DNA of 55,013 nucleotides from a virus (taxonomy: Duplodnaviria; Caudoviricetes): positions 1 through 55,013 of the IMG/VR virus record IMGVR_UViG_3300022074_000052; one strand, written 5' to 3'. The stretch's first letter is position 1. Each line of letters starts with the position of its first letter. The notes under the pieces are model-generated. The model was not told the DNA's origin, made no database searches, and saw only the letters and a list, made by a program, of their open reading frames with translations. Position numbers and translations under genes: made by a program. Positions 46,500-55,013 of this stretch are shown in pieces.

Positions 46500-47408
46500 A
46501 TGGCAATTTCTAGAGCGCAACTTCTTAAAGAGCTACTTCCTGGTCTTAATGCACTATTCGGTTTAGAGTATGCAAAATACGGGGAAGAACACGCGGAGGT
46601 CTTTGAATCAGAGACTTCTGATCGTTCTTTTGAAGAAGAAACTAAACTATCAGGCTTTTCTGCTGCACCAGTCAAAGACGAAGGTTCTGCCATCGAATAT
46701 GACAATGCACAGGAAGCATTCACAGCTCGCTACACACACGAAACAGTGGCGATGGGCTTCGCAATTACTGAGGAGGCTATCGAAGATAACTTGTATGACT
46801 CTTTGTCAGCACGTTATACAAAAGCACTAGCTCGTGCAATGGCGTACACTAAGCAGGTAAAAGCAGCAACTATTCTAAACAATGCTTTTGACTCTGGTAC
46901 TACTTACGGAGATGGAGTGGAGCTTTGTTCTACTGCGCATCCATTAGTGAGTGGTGGAACTAACTCTAACGAACCATCAGTAGCTGCTGATCTTAACGAG
47001 ACTTCTTTGGAAGCCGCAGTTATTCAGATCGCAGGTTGGACTGATGAAAGAGGACTTCTCATTGCAGCGAGACCTCGAAAGTTAGTGATCCCACCGAATC
47101 TACAGTTTGTGGCAACAAGATTGTTAGAAACTGAAGGTAGAGTAGGAACTGCGGATAACGACCTTAATGCACTACGCAATAATGGTTCTATCCCAGAAGG
47201 CTATACTATCAATCACTATTTGACTGATACAGACGCTTTCTTCCTACTAACGGATGTACCAAACGGTCTTAAGCACTTTACACGTAGTCCAATGGCTACG
47301 TCTATGGATGCTGACTTTGATACAGGCAATAGCAGATACAAGGCTAGAGAGAGATACTCTTTCGGTGTATCTGATCCATTAGGAATCTTTGGTTCCCCAG
47401 GAGCCTAA
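46500..47408 (+). CDS. Major capsid protein
   Basis: MAISRAQLLKELLPGLNALFGLEY...K.EG..I.YD...DFDTGN.RYKARERYSFG.SDP.G.FGSPGA; strong RBS AGGAGG; followed by a terminator. Confidence 0.9.
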   Translation: MAISRAQLLKELLPGLNALFGLEYAKYGEEHAEVFESETSDRSFEEETKLSGFSAAPVKDEGSAIEYDNAQEAFTARYTHETVAMGFAITEEAIEDNLYDSLSARYTKALARAMAYTKQVKAATILNNAFDSGTTYGDGVELCSTAHPLVSGGTNSNEPSVAADLNETSLEAAVIQIAGWTDERGLLIAARPRKLVIPPNLQFVATRLLETEGRVGTADNDLNALRNNGSIPEGYTINHYLTDTDAFFLLTDVPNGLKHFTRSPMATSMDADFDTGNSRYKARERYSFGVSDPLGIFGSPGA

Positions 47409-47417
47409 GAAAAAATC

Positions 47418-47447
47418 AAAGGGGCGGCTTGCGGGTCGCCCTTTTTT
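47418..47447 (+). terminator. Intrinsic terminator after major capsid gene
   Basis: AAAGGGGCGGC-loop-GTCGCCC-TTTTTT. Confidence 0.85.
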
Positions 47448-47457
47448 ACTTTATACT
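47429..47457 (+). promoter_or_regulatory. Sigma70-type promoter overlapping the terminator
   Basis: TTGCGG-17 nt-TATACT. Confidence 0.55.
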
Positions 47458-47515
47458 ACGCTTACCTTGACAATCACATAGTGTGATTGACTTCAGCCAC
47501 GACAAGGAGGTTCAC

Positions 47516-48022
47516 ATGGCTAACACTACATTCGCAGGCCCTATTAGGTCTGAAAGTACAATTAAAACAATCAGTAAAAATTCATCTACTGGCACAATAA
47601 CAGAAGTTATTACTATGGGTGACGCACCAGTTGCATTAGGTGATGAAGATAAAACACTTGATAATGCAACACATAGTGGGAGAGTTCTTGCTGTGCCAGC
47701 ACTTGCATCTAATAGAACAATAACATTGCCAGCACCAGTTGCAGGAGCTACGTTTAAGTTTATCTATGCGGGAGCAGCAGAAGAAGCAGAAAACTTGATT
47801 ATTATCACTCCTGGTAATACTAATTTTTTCCTAGGAAATGTTCAGCATTTAGATACCAACGCAGATAATGTCAGTGTGTATGCAAACGGTAGTTCTAACT
47901 CAAAGTTAACATTAACTGATTTTGGAAGCATGGAAATAAATATAGTAGCTAAAGACAGCACAAATTACTATATTTGGGGTAACGTAGTCTCTGAAGATGC
48001 GCCAGCTTTTGCTGACCAGTAA
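47516..48022 (+). CDS. Virion protein (head fibre/decoration-like)
   Basis: Start MANTTFAGPIRS at 47516 behind AAGGAGG; 'TITLPAP.AG..FKF' beta domain. Confidence 0.7.
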   Translation: MANTTFAGPIRSESTIKTISKNSSTGTITEVITMGDAPVALGDEDKTLDNATHSGRVLAVPALASNRTITLPAPVAGATFKFIYAGAAEEAENLIIITPGNTNFFLGNVQHLDTNADNVSVYANGSSNSKLTLTDFGSMEINIVAKDSTNYYIWGNVVSEDAPAFADQ

Positions 48023-48034
48023 TAGGAGGTATAA

Positions 48035-48316
48035 ATGGCTAGATCAGATGTAAAAGCCTTCAATCACGATCAAGGTGATGCTGCCGCAGTTATTGGCCCT
48101 GCTAGATCAAGGCTAAGACAACTTGTTATTTTTGCTAACTCAGCTGGAGCCGTAACTATTAAAGATGGTTCAGGTGGATCAGATATATTGGTTCAAAGTT
48201 TTCCAACAGGTCTGCATCACTTAAATATTCCAGATGATGGCATTCTTGCAGAAAGTGGTGTTTACATCAACGCTTTTACTGGCAGTGGCAACAAACTTAC
48301 TTTGTTTCTGTCATAA
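48035..48316 (+). CDS. Small beta-rich structural hypothetical protein
   Basis: RBS AGGAGG; 'IPDDGIL...GVY'. Confidence 0.7.
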   Translation: MARSDVKAFNHDQGDAAAVIGPARSRLRQLVIFANSAGAVTIKDGSGGSDILVQSFPTGLHHLNIPDDGILAESGVYINAFTGSGNKLTLFLS

Positions 48317-48325
48317 TGCCTAGTT

Positions 48326-48640
48326 ATGCGTAACGACTACAAAAGAGGCGGTAAGGTTCGCAAAGACAAGGGCATGAAAGGTATGTCCATAAAAAGTGGG
48401 GATAAACGCCCCACTAAGTCTGGCGCGGGTATGACGGCAAAGGGTGTTGCTAAATACAGACGGCAAAACCCTGGATCTAAGTTGAAGACGGCTGTAACGG
48501 AGAAGAAACCTACAGGCAAGCGAGCAGCAAGAAGAAAGTCATATTGCGCTAGAAGTGCAGGTCAGATGAAGAAGTTTCCAAAAGCAGCAAAAGATCCGAA
48601 CAGTCGGTTACGACAAGCAAGAAGAAGGTGGAGGTGTTAA
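48326..48640 (+). CDS. Small Lys/Arg-rich protein (DUF6321-like)
   Basis: GMT.KGV..YRR.NPGSKLK...RRKSYCARS.G...DPNSR..AR.RW.C. Confidence 0.75.
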   Translation: MRNDYKRGGKVRKDKGMKGMSIKSGDKRPTKSGAGMTAKGVAKYRRQNPGSKLKTAVTEKKPTGKRAARRKSYCARSAGQMKKFPKAAKDPNSRLRQARRRWRC

Positions 48641-48771
48641 TGACAATATCTCGCGCACAAATGGGTAAGCAGATCAAAAACTCACCAAACAAAATGTCTA
48701 AGCTTTCCCAGAAGAGGAAGAAAAAGGCAGAGAAAGAGAGAAAGAAGAAAGATGGCGTATTTACAAAGTAA
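48640..48771 (+). CDS. Tiny basic protein whose N-terminus mimics the MCP
   Basis: Not in ORF track; MTISRAQMGKQIKNSPNKMSKLSQKRKKKAEKERKKKDGVFTK*; RBS GGAGG; TAATG coupling. Confidence 0.7.
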   Translation: MTISRAQMGKQIKNSPNKMSKLSQKRKKKAEKERKKKDGVFTK

Positions 48772-49435
48772 TGTACCGTATTTTAAAGCATGGGTAAGAC
48801 GAGAGTACACGAAGAATTTTATAGAGTATCAAGGAGAATTTTTACACGTAATGGTTATAGCTGTAACAACAATGCCGAACCGAAGTCTAAGTTTCCAAGT
48901 AATATTTACTGGGTGCGAGACTGACGACACGGATGAGCCAAACGTACATGGTGGAGCCATGTGGGCTAGAATGCCTATAACAGCGTTGGTTGCTGATACC
49001 AGTTACGAAGAGTGGCCCACAGAGATGCCACCGTATATAGCACAACCGTGGGATTGTATGTCTCACGATCATTCAGTTTACGTATTGAATAGAGCTACAC
49101 CTGCCCCTTGGATAGCCAAGGTAGATGGAGAGTTCTATCCTGCGAAATACTATTTTACTGTGGACTACACAAACAGTGAAGTAGCGGACGATCCTGCCCA
49201 ACACAAACAGAGTCACGTTCTTGAACTGTTAGATGCAGGAGAGTATACAGGTAACATAGTAGCGTTACCTAACAATCGGGTTCGTGTTACACACCCTGCG
49301 TGGTTTGAGACTGGTCAAGGCGCACCAGACTTCAGACCGAATCAACATACTTTTCATTCTAAACAGAACCACGAATACGTTTGGGACACCCAACGTGTTT
49401 TTAATAACTTATACGAGGAGCAAGAAGATGATTAA
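48752..49435 (+). CDS. Conserved hypothetical phage protein
   Basis: 227 aa; 'WVRREY...GGAMWARMPI...QPWDC...Y.FTVD...QHKQSHV...GN..ALPNNR'. Confidence 0.75.
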   Translation: MAYLQSNVPYFKAWVRREYTKNFIEYQGEFLHVMVIAVTTMPNRSLSFQVIFTGCETDDTDEPNVHGGAMWARMPITALVADTSYEEWPTEMPPYIAQPWDCMSHDHSVYVLNRATPAPWIAKVDGEFYPAKYYFTVDYTNSEVADDPAQHKQSHVLELLDAGEYTGNIVALPNNRVRVTHPAWFETGQGAPDFRPNQHTFHSKQNHEYVWDTQRVFNNLYEEQEDD

Positions 49436-49772
49436 AAAGAAGAAGATGATGGCTAACGGTAAAATGGTCAAGAAAATGATGGCTGGCGGTAAGACTAAAA
49501 AAGGCTACGCTATGGGTAAAAAAGTCTTAAAAGATGTACCTGCTGGGAATAAAGGTCTTGGTAAACTACCTGAAGCTGTCAGAAATAACATAGGTTTTAA
49601 AGCCAAAGGCGGAGCTATCAAGAAAATGGCTGGTGGGGGCATGACCAAGAAGATGATGGCTAAAGGTAAGATGGTCAAAGGCGGTGCTAAAGGTGGCAAG
49701 AAGAAGTCTAAAGCCAAGGTAAGAGGCGCAGGTATAGCACAAAAAGGCGTAAGACCAGCGAAAATGGTGTAA
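49428..49772 (+). CDS. Lys/Met/Gly-rich basic protein with repeated MAxGG-like motifs
   Basis: True start ATG 49428 behind GAGGAG (MIKKKKMMANGK...). Confidence 0.75.
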   Translation: MIKKKKMMANGKMVKKMMAGGKTKKGYAMGKKVLKDVPAGNKGLGKLPEAVRNNIGFKAKGGAIKKMAGGGMTKKMMAKGKMVKGGAKGGKKKSKAKVRGAGIAQKGVRPAKMV

Positions 49773-49776
49773 AGGC

Positions 49777-49944
49777 ATGATGCGTAGATACTATAAAAAA
49801 GGGGGCAAGATATGCCCATCAGGTAAAGCTTGGGCTAAACGTACATTTGATACGTACCCAAGCGCCTACGCTAATATGGCAGCATCTAAATACTGCAAAG
49901 ACCCTAACTATGCAAAGGGTGCGAAAGGCAAGAAGAAAAAGTAA
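49777..49944 (+). CDS. Small basic protein ('YPSAYAN' type, DUF5872-like N part)
   Basis: Not in ORF track; MMRRYYKKGGKICPSGKAWAKRTFDTYPSAYANMAASKYCKDPNYAKGAKGKKKK*; TAATG coupling. Confidence 0.7.
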   Translation: MMRRYYKKGGKICPSGKAWAKRTFDTYPSAYANMAASKYCKDPNYAKGAKGKKKK

Positions 49945-50273
49945 TGGGCGCTTTAAAAGATTGGGTAAAACAAGACTGGGTTCGTATCGGTACTGACGGT
50001 AAGATAAAAGGCAAATGTGGTACGTCTAAGGACAAGAAAAATCCTGATAGATGTTTACCCCGCAGTAAAGCTAATAGTCTTAGTCAGTCTCAACGAGCTA
50101 CTACAGCTAAGAAAAAGAAGCGCGAAGGCTCAAAAGGTAAAACTGTGGTAAAAAATACCAAACCTGCTACAGTAAAACTCAGCGGGGGTGGGCTTGCTCG
50201 ACGGAGGCGTGGTATCGCACGAGGGTGTGGGGCTATAATGGAAGGTAGGCGTAAGGAAACACAATATATTTAG
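49944..50273 (+). CDS. Small basic protein ('LK.W.KQDW' type, DUF5872-like)
   Basis: LKDWVKQDWV.I...CG....RCLP..KA..L......KK; LSGGG...RGCG. Confidence 0.72.
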   Translation: MGALKDWVKQDWVRIGTDGKIKGKCGTSKDKKNPDRCLPRSKANSLSQSQRATTAKKKKREGSKGKTVVKNTKPATVKLSGGGLARRRRGIARGCGAIMEGRRKETQYI

Positions 50274-50281
50274 GAGGTATC

Positions 50282-50620
50282 ATGGAACTTATACAGAACG
50301 GTACATTTGCAACAGGAGAACCTGTGTATCAAATAGCAGAAAAGAATAGTAACGGGACACACACCACTGTTGTGTTTGACCCGATGACAAAAGAAGAAGC
50401 TGAAGCAAGACTAAAGTCTATGGGAGGTATGACTAAGGAACCTGTAGCAGAGGTAGTATCTGACGATCCCCCTAACTATGAGTCTATGACAAAGCTAGAA
50501 TTAGAAGCCATGATGCGCGAACATGGTGTAGAGTTAGATAGACGTAAATCAAAAGGAGACTTGTTGAAAGAAGTAAACGACTATTTTACACACGTCTTAC
50601 ATACACCTAGTAAGGACTAA
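50282..50620 (+). CDS. Hypothetical protein with C-terminal HeH/Rho-N-like nucleic-acid-binding motif
   Basis: YESMTKLELEAMMREHGVELDRRKSKGDLLKEV; RBS AGGAGG. Confidence 0.65.
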   Translation: MELIQNGTFATGEPVYQIAEKNSNGTHTTVVFDPMTKEEAEARLKSMGGMTKEPVAEVVSDDPPNYESMTKLELEAMMREHGVELDRRKSKGDLLKEVNDYFTHVLHTPSKD

Positions 50621-50622
50621 TT

Positions 50623-51330
50623 ATGGCTACATCGGGTACTACAGCATTTAACATGGACTTCACAGAGATCGCTGAAGAAGCGTGGGAACGTGCAGGTCGT
50701 GAGATGCGTTCTGGATATGATCTAAGAACTGCCCGCAGATCCATGAACTTACTGACTATAGAATGGCAAAACAGGGGTTTGAATCTCTGGACAATAGACA
50801 GTGCAACACAGGCTGTTACAGCAGGTACAGCACAATACACACTCCCTGCAGATACTATAGACCTATTAGATCAAGTTATACGAACAGGAGACAGTGGTTC
50901 TGGGGGCCAGTATGGTGACGGGGGATCTACACAATCTGATCTCACCATAAGTCGTATTGGTGTGAGTACCTTCGCTACTATCCCTAACAAGTTAATACGT
51001 GGTAGGCCCATCCAAGTATGGGTTGAACGACTACGTGATGCACCGCGAATAAACCTATGGCCTGTGCCTGATAAGTCTTACAGTTTTGTATATTGGCGAC
51101 TACGACGTATGGAAGATGCAGGTAATGGTATAGAAACAGCAGATATGAACTTTAGATTTTTACCTTGTCTGGTGGCAGGGTTAGCGTATAACATAGCTAT
51201 GAAAACACCTGAACTATCGGGCAGATTACAGATGTTGAAAGCTGATTATGATGAGCAGTATAATCTTGCAGCTGGTGAAGACAGGGAGAAAGTGTCTGAA
51301 CGGTTTGTACCACGAGTAGGGAGGATCTAG
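50623..51330 (+). CDS. Head-to-tail adaptor protein (putative)
   Basis: MATSGTT.F...EEA.ER.G...GYDL.TARRS.NL...EW.NRG.NLWT...RF.PCL.AGLAY. Confidence 0.7.
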   Translation: MATSGTTAFNMDFTEIAEEAWERAGREMRSGYDLRTARRSMNLLTIEWQNRGLNLWTIDSATQAVTAGTAQYTLPADTIDLLDQVIRTGDSGSGGQYGDGGSTQSDLTISRIGVSTFATIPNKLIRGRPIQVWVERLRDAPRINLWPVPDKSYSFVYWRLRRMEDAGNGIETADMNFRFLPCLVAGLAYNIAMKTPELSGRLQMLKADYDEQYNLAAGEDREKVSERFVPRVGRI

Positions 51331-51683
51331 TGACTGTAGCATTTGCATCTATCAAAAGAGCGATAGCCGAATGCGATATTTGTGGATTTCGTTTCAAGCT
51401 ACGTGAGTTACGCAACATAATCACTAGAGGTAGGAATACTAATATTAAGGCATGCCCACAATGCTTTAGTCCCGATCACCCACAGAATAAACAAGGTATG
51501 TTTCCTGTACGAGACCCCCAGGCAATACGTGACCCACGTCCTGACTTTGTAGGGTATGAGCAGAGTAGAAATTATGCGTGGGGTTGGAACCCTGTAGGTG
51601 ATGGGCAGAACAACTATGGACTAAGCAAAAGCAGTAGCTTAAAAATGCTCAGTGGTGTGGGATCAGTAACGGTGACAACATGA
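51330..51683 (+). CDS. Zn-ribbon-containing hypothetical protein
   Basis: CDICG...CPQC...HPQ...DPQA...PRPD. Confidence 0.7.
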   Translation: MTVAFASIKRAIAECDICGFRFKLRELRNIITRGRNTNIKACPQCFSPDHPQNKQGMFPVRDPQAIRDPRPDFVGYEQSRNYAWGWNPVGDGQNNYGLSKSSSLKMLSGVGSVTVTT

Positions 51684-52312
51684 ATTATACAGAGTTAAAA
51701 ACAAACATAGCTGACATATGTGAAACGACGTTTACAGATGCACAGGTAAACATGTTTATACAGCAGGCTGAACAGAAGATATACAACACTGTACAGATCC
51801 CTGCTTTACGTAAAAATGTTTCAGCTGCAACCACGTCTAGTAATAAGTATTTAGCCCTACCATCAGATTTTTTATATGCTTACAGCATGGCTATATATAC
51901 GACAGCAGGTAACTCTTATTCTTATTTGTTATATAAGGATGTTAATTTTATGCGTGAAGCGTATCCAAACCCTTCTACAACAGGTACACCAAAGCACTAT
52001 TCACAGTGGTCAGACGGATTTTTCATACTAGGACCCACACCTGATGCTGCGTATAATGTAGAACTTTATTATGGTCACTATCCAACGTCTATCGTTACAG
52101 CTACTAATACTTTCTTGGGTGATGACTTTGATTCAGCCTTGTTAAATGGAGCATTGATAGAGGCCGTGCGGTTTCAAAAACAAGAACCAGATGTCATACA
52201 GAACTACGAGAAACTGTACTTACAATCAATTACGTTGCTTAAAAACGCATATGAGGGTAGAAATGTTACAGATAACTACAGATCTGGAACGTATAAGGTA
52301 GAGGCTAGTTAA
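51680..52312 (+). CDS. Tail tubular/adaptor protein (putative)
   Basis: MNYTELK..I......FI.QAE..I...LP.D...G.PKHY.......PTPD..Y.VEL.Y...LL.G.L.EA. Confidence 0.7.
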   Translation: MNYTELKTNIADICETTFTDAQVNMFIQQAEQKIYNTVQIPALRKNVSAATTSSNKYLALPSDFLYAYSMAIYTTAGNSYSYLLYKDVNFMREAYPNPSTTGTPKHYSQWSDGFFILGPTPDAAYNVELYYGHYPTSIVTATNTFLGDDFDSALLNGALIEAVRFQKQEPDVIQNYEKLYLQSITLLKNAYEGRNVTDNYRSGTYKVEAS

Positions 52313-52605
52313 TGTTAACAAATGCAATAAAAATGGGCGAAAACTTTAGTGTAGATGTAATAACCACTGATAATAGAGGTTTAACTCCTGAAGAGGTTAC
52401 AGCGTTATGTTTGGATAAAATTATAGCTGTAAGCGACACCGCGCCACCCGCCATAAGAGATCAGGCACAAGCATTTCGTAGTGACTTAGAGCGTGTCGTA
52501 TTAGAGTACATGAAACAAGCTATACAACATGATAGAGTAACAATATATAATGCAATAAAAGATGCAGGATACGATAAACTTGCAGAACACATAAGGAGAA
52601 TATAA
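52312..52605 (+). CDS. Conserved hypothetical protein
   Basis: TT.NRG.TPEE......I..S..A...IR.QA.AF. Confidence 0.7.
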   Translation: MLTNAIKMGENFSVDVITTDNRGLTPEEVTALCLDKIIAVSDTAPPAIRDQAQAFRSDLERVVLEYMKQAIQHDRVTIYNAIKDAGYDKLAEHIRRI

Positions 52606-53075
52606 TGGCTTTTTCAGGCAACGCATTATGTAATTCATTTAAACAAGAGTTACTAGAAGGTGTACATAACTTTACAGGTAGTGGGAATACTTTTAAATTT
52701 GCTATGTATACGAACTCTCAGGCAGGTAATGATAGTCTAGGGGGAAGTAGTAGCACTATGGATGCTACAGTCACAGCCTACAGCAGCTCGGCTTCTAATG
52801 AAGTGTCTTCTAGCGGTTATACAGCAGGGGGTGGTACACTAACTAACGTTGCCCCTTCATTAAAGTCTACTTCAACAGCTACAACACAGTTTAGCACCTT
52901 AACATTTTCTGGGGTTACTTTAACTGCGCGAGGGGCGTTGATATATAATGATACAAATAGTGATAAGGCGGTATGTGTGTTAGACTTTGGAGCAGATAAG
53001 TCCGCATCAAGTGGGTCGTTCCAAATAAACTTTCCAACCAATGACGCAAGTAACGCATTGATAAGGATAGCATAA
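52605..53075 (+). CDS. Tail structural protein
   Basis: CNSFKQELL.G.H.F...FK.A.YT...GYTAGG..L...TARGALIYN...AV.VLDFG.DK. Confidence 0.72.
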   Translation: MAFSGNALCNSFKQELLEGVHNFTGSGNTFKFAMYTNSQAGNDSLGGSSSTMDATVTAYSSSASNEVSSSGYTAGGGTLTNVAPSLKSTSTATTQFSTLTFSGVTLTARGALIYNDTNSDKAVCVLDFGADKSASSGSFQINFPTNDASNALIRIA

Positions 53076-54523
53076 TGGCATTTAAAATAGAAGATAGAGT
53101 AAAAGAATCGACTGTAACCACAGGGACAGGGACACTTACTCTAGCCGCTGCTGTAACCAACTTTGAAAGGTTTTCTGCTAATTTATCTAATTCAGATACT
53201 ACCTACTATGCGATTGTAGATAACACTAATAATGCGTTTGAAGTTGGGCTTGGTACATATTCTTCTAACACGTTAGCACGAGGTACTATCTTTGCTAGTT
53301 CAAATAGTGGGAATAAAGTAGATCTTGGTGTAGGCACTAAAGAAGTATTCATAACCGTCCCTGCAAGTAAGATTGTTGTTGAAGACGGTAGTAATAACGT
53401 GTCCATCGGAGGCACAGTAACAGCCACTGCTTTTAGTGGAAGTGGCGCAAGTCTCACAGGTGTTGATGTAGTAAACGACACGAGTCCTCAGTTAGGTGGC
53501 AATCTAGACCTAAATGGTAATGATATTGTTACCACATCCAATGCAGATTTAGAGTTAGCTCCAAACGGAACAGGACACGTTACAGTCAAAGGGAATACCA
53601 ATCAGGGAGCCATACAGTTTAACTGTGAGAATAATAGTCATGGTCAGCTTGTTATAGCAGCCCCTCACTCTGAGAGTGCCAATAATACACTAACCCTACC
53701 TAGTACAGGTGGTGATGCTCGACTAGTCTCAACAGCTTCGACTGCCACGCTGACAAATAAAACCTTTGGCGATAACGTAAGTTTTGGTGACAATAATATT
53801 ACCAACGTAGGCGATATAGCTATAGACTCTATCAGTCCAGACGGCACAGATATAAATGTAGCGGTGTCCGACAACTCAGCAACAGCATTTACTATTAAGC
53901 AAGGGTCAGATAATTACCTCGTTGTGGATACTGGGGATGGTGGTGAGTCTGTAGCGGTAGGCACAGGTGTATCAGGAACGGCTATATCTATCGGTCATAC
54001 CACCTCAGAGACAACTGTGAACGATAACCTTACAGTAACAGGTAATTTGACAGTAAGTGGTACAACCACAACAGTAGACAGTACAACCATAAATGTTCAG
54101 AACACTTTGGTCTTTGAGGGTTCTACAGCCAACGAACACGAGACAACACTCACAACAGTTGATCCTACAGCCGACAGAACAATTAGCTTGCCCAATCAAT
54201 CAGGTACTTTGCCTGTTCTTGCAGCAGCGAGTACCACGCAGATTACATCGACACCAGAGGAGTTAAACCTACTTGATGGTGTGTCAGGATTGGTTCAGGC
54301 TGATTTTACTAAACTGGCTGCGGTTGATGCTACGGCATCAGAGTTAAATTTATTAGATGGTGGAACTTCTGTAGGCAGCTCTATAACAATAGCAGATAGT
54401 GACGGCATAATCGTTAATGATGGGGGAACCATGAAATCTGTACCTGCCTCTGATGTAAAAACATATGCGTCAGCAGATTCAGCAAGTAAAGGTTTTGCTA
54501 CAGCTATGGCGATAGCATTGTAA
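53075..54523 (+). CDS. Tail fibre protein
   Basis: DRVKE.T.TTGTG N-terminus; DTSPQLGGNLD.NG; GNLTVSGTTTTV; FEG.TA..HETTL...DPTADRTI.LP; ELNLLDG repeats. Confidence 0.8.
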   Translation: MAFKIEDRVKESTVTTGTGTLTLAAAVTNFERFSANLSNSDTTYYAIVDNTNNAFEVGLGTYSSNTLARGTIFASSNSGNKVDLGVGTKEVFITVPASKIVVEDGSNNVSIGGTVTATAFSGSGASLTGVDVVNDTSPQLGGNLDLNGNDIVTTSNADLELAPNGTGHVTVKGNTNQGAIQFNCENNSHGQLVIAAPHSESANNTLTLPSTGGDARLVSTASTATLTNKTFGDNVSFGDNNITNVGDIAIDSISPDGTDINVAVSDNSATAFTIKQGSDNYLVVDTGDGGESVAVGTGVSGTAISIGHTTSETTVNDNLTVTGNLTVSGTTTTVDSTTINVQNTLVFEGSTANEHETTLTTVDPTADRTISLPNQSGTLPVLAAASTTQITSTPEELNLLDGVSGLVQADFTKLAAVDATASELNLLDGGTSVGSSITIADSDGIIVNDGGTMKSVPASDVKTYASADSASKGFATAMAIAL

Positions 54524-54533
54524 AGGAGAATAG

Positions 54534-54860
54534 ATGGCACAAGATTTTGAACGGAATACAGCCAACGGTGTAGGCACAAGTGCCGTAACTTTACGAACAG
54601 CAAACTCAGACGATGCTATAGTTGGGATCATGGTGGCAAATGTTACAACATCGCAGATTACGGTTGAAGTGTACATTAACGATAGTTCTAATGATATTCA
54701 TCTAATTAAAGATGCGCCCATACCTTCAGGGTCTTCTTTACAGGTTTTGGATGGAGGCGCAAAAATTGTAATGCAGTCTGGGGATGCACTAAAAGTAAAA
54801 AGCAATACGGCAAGCAGTGCAGATGTTTGGGTATCTGTAGTGGACGCTATTAGTACATAG
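54534..54860 (+). CDS. Small beta-rich tail-associated protein (paralog of 6011..6331)
   Basis: IVG..VAN......V.V.....L.K.APIP.GSSL.V..G.KIV...GD.LKV.S..ASS.D..VS. Confidence 0.72.
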   Translation: MAQDFERNTANGVGTSAVTLRTANSDDAIVGIMVANVTTSQITVEVYINDSSNDIHLIKDAPIPSGSSLQVLDGGAKIVMQSGDALKVKSNTASSADVWVSVVDAIST

Positions 54861-54868
54861 GAGGAATA

Positions 54869-55013
54869 ATGCCATACATAGGAAGTCAAGTTGGTTCTAG
54901 TTTTTCATCAAGACCTGCAACGCAGGAGTTCAACGGAGATAACTCTACAACGGTCTTTACGTTAAACCAGACTGTAGCTCAAGAAGACATCGTAGTAAGC
55001 GTTGACGGTGTAA
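54869..55013 (+). CDS. Partial tail fibre protein (runs off the window end)
   Basis: RBS GGAGG; MPYIGSQVGSSFSSRPATQEFNGDNSTTVFTLNQTVAQEDIVVSVDGV... Confidence 0.7.
   Translation, partial: MPYIGSQVGSSFSSRPATQEFNGDNSTTVFTLNQTVAQEDIVVSVDGV

Noticed and set aside
421-54889. Numerous opposite-strand and alternate-frame ORFs in the track (e.g. 421..801, 805..1305, 5304..5798, 13453..14064, 25287..25529, 25324..25740)
   Set aside because: They shadow well-supported genes, lack RBS or coupling, and show antisense-type composition.
1-55013. Complete circular genome, terminal repeats, tRNAs, diversity-generating retroelement or alternative genetic code
   Set aside because: The two ends are in different partial genes with no overlap; no cloverleaf or reverse transcriptase was recognised; genes are intact under the standard code with all three stops used.

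Overview
This window is most of a tailed dsDNA phage genome, apparently a podovirus-type phage. The gene set resembles uncultured marine Alphaproteobacteria phages, but host assignment is inference. The window begins and ends inside the tail-fibre region, and no terminal repeat or end overlap is visible. The + strand late module is split across the ends. From 39.3 to 55 kb it encodes TerS, TerL, portal, GroES, scaffold, major capsid protein, a cluster of tiny Lys/Arg-rich proteins, head-tail adaptors and tail fibres. From 0 to 19.1 kb it encodes tail fibre, a lysis cassette, tail nozzle and internal/ejection proteins, including a SleB-type hydrolase and a 2014-aa HExxH protein. The - strand carries an early region (39-29.7 kb: DksA/TraR-like Zn finger, DUF3150-like protein, MoxR AAA, vWA-metallopeptidase, many hypotheticals) and a replication module (29.5-19.2 kb: Leu762-type PolA, Cas4-like nuclease, SNF2 helicase, excisionase-like HTH, SSB, primase-helicase). 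I recognised no integrase, RNA polymerase, tRNA or CRISPR array. The most interesting signals are regulatory or motif-level. (1) Eight co-oriented 19-bp palindromes (GGTTAGTG-N3-CACTAACC) are confined to the early region. (2) A multi-hairpin intergenic RNA at 29.5-29.7 kb has an exposed loop antisense to the shared RBS of the palindrome-marked early genes; a second, weaker anti-RBS candidate lies at 19.13-19.2 kb. (3) A pseudoknot abuts the primase RBS. (4) An iteron-rich origin candidate lies at 37.7-38.25 kb. (5) A recurring [MYL]xxGG peptide motif, plus a small protein mimicking the capsid N-terminus, may mark cargo for the virion. All family assignments are from motif recognition, not database searches.
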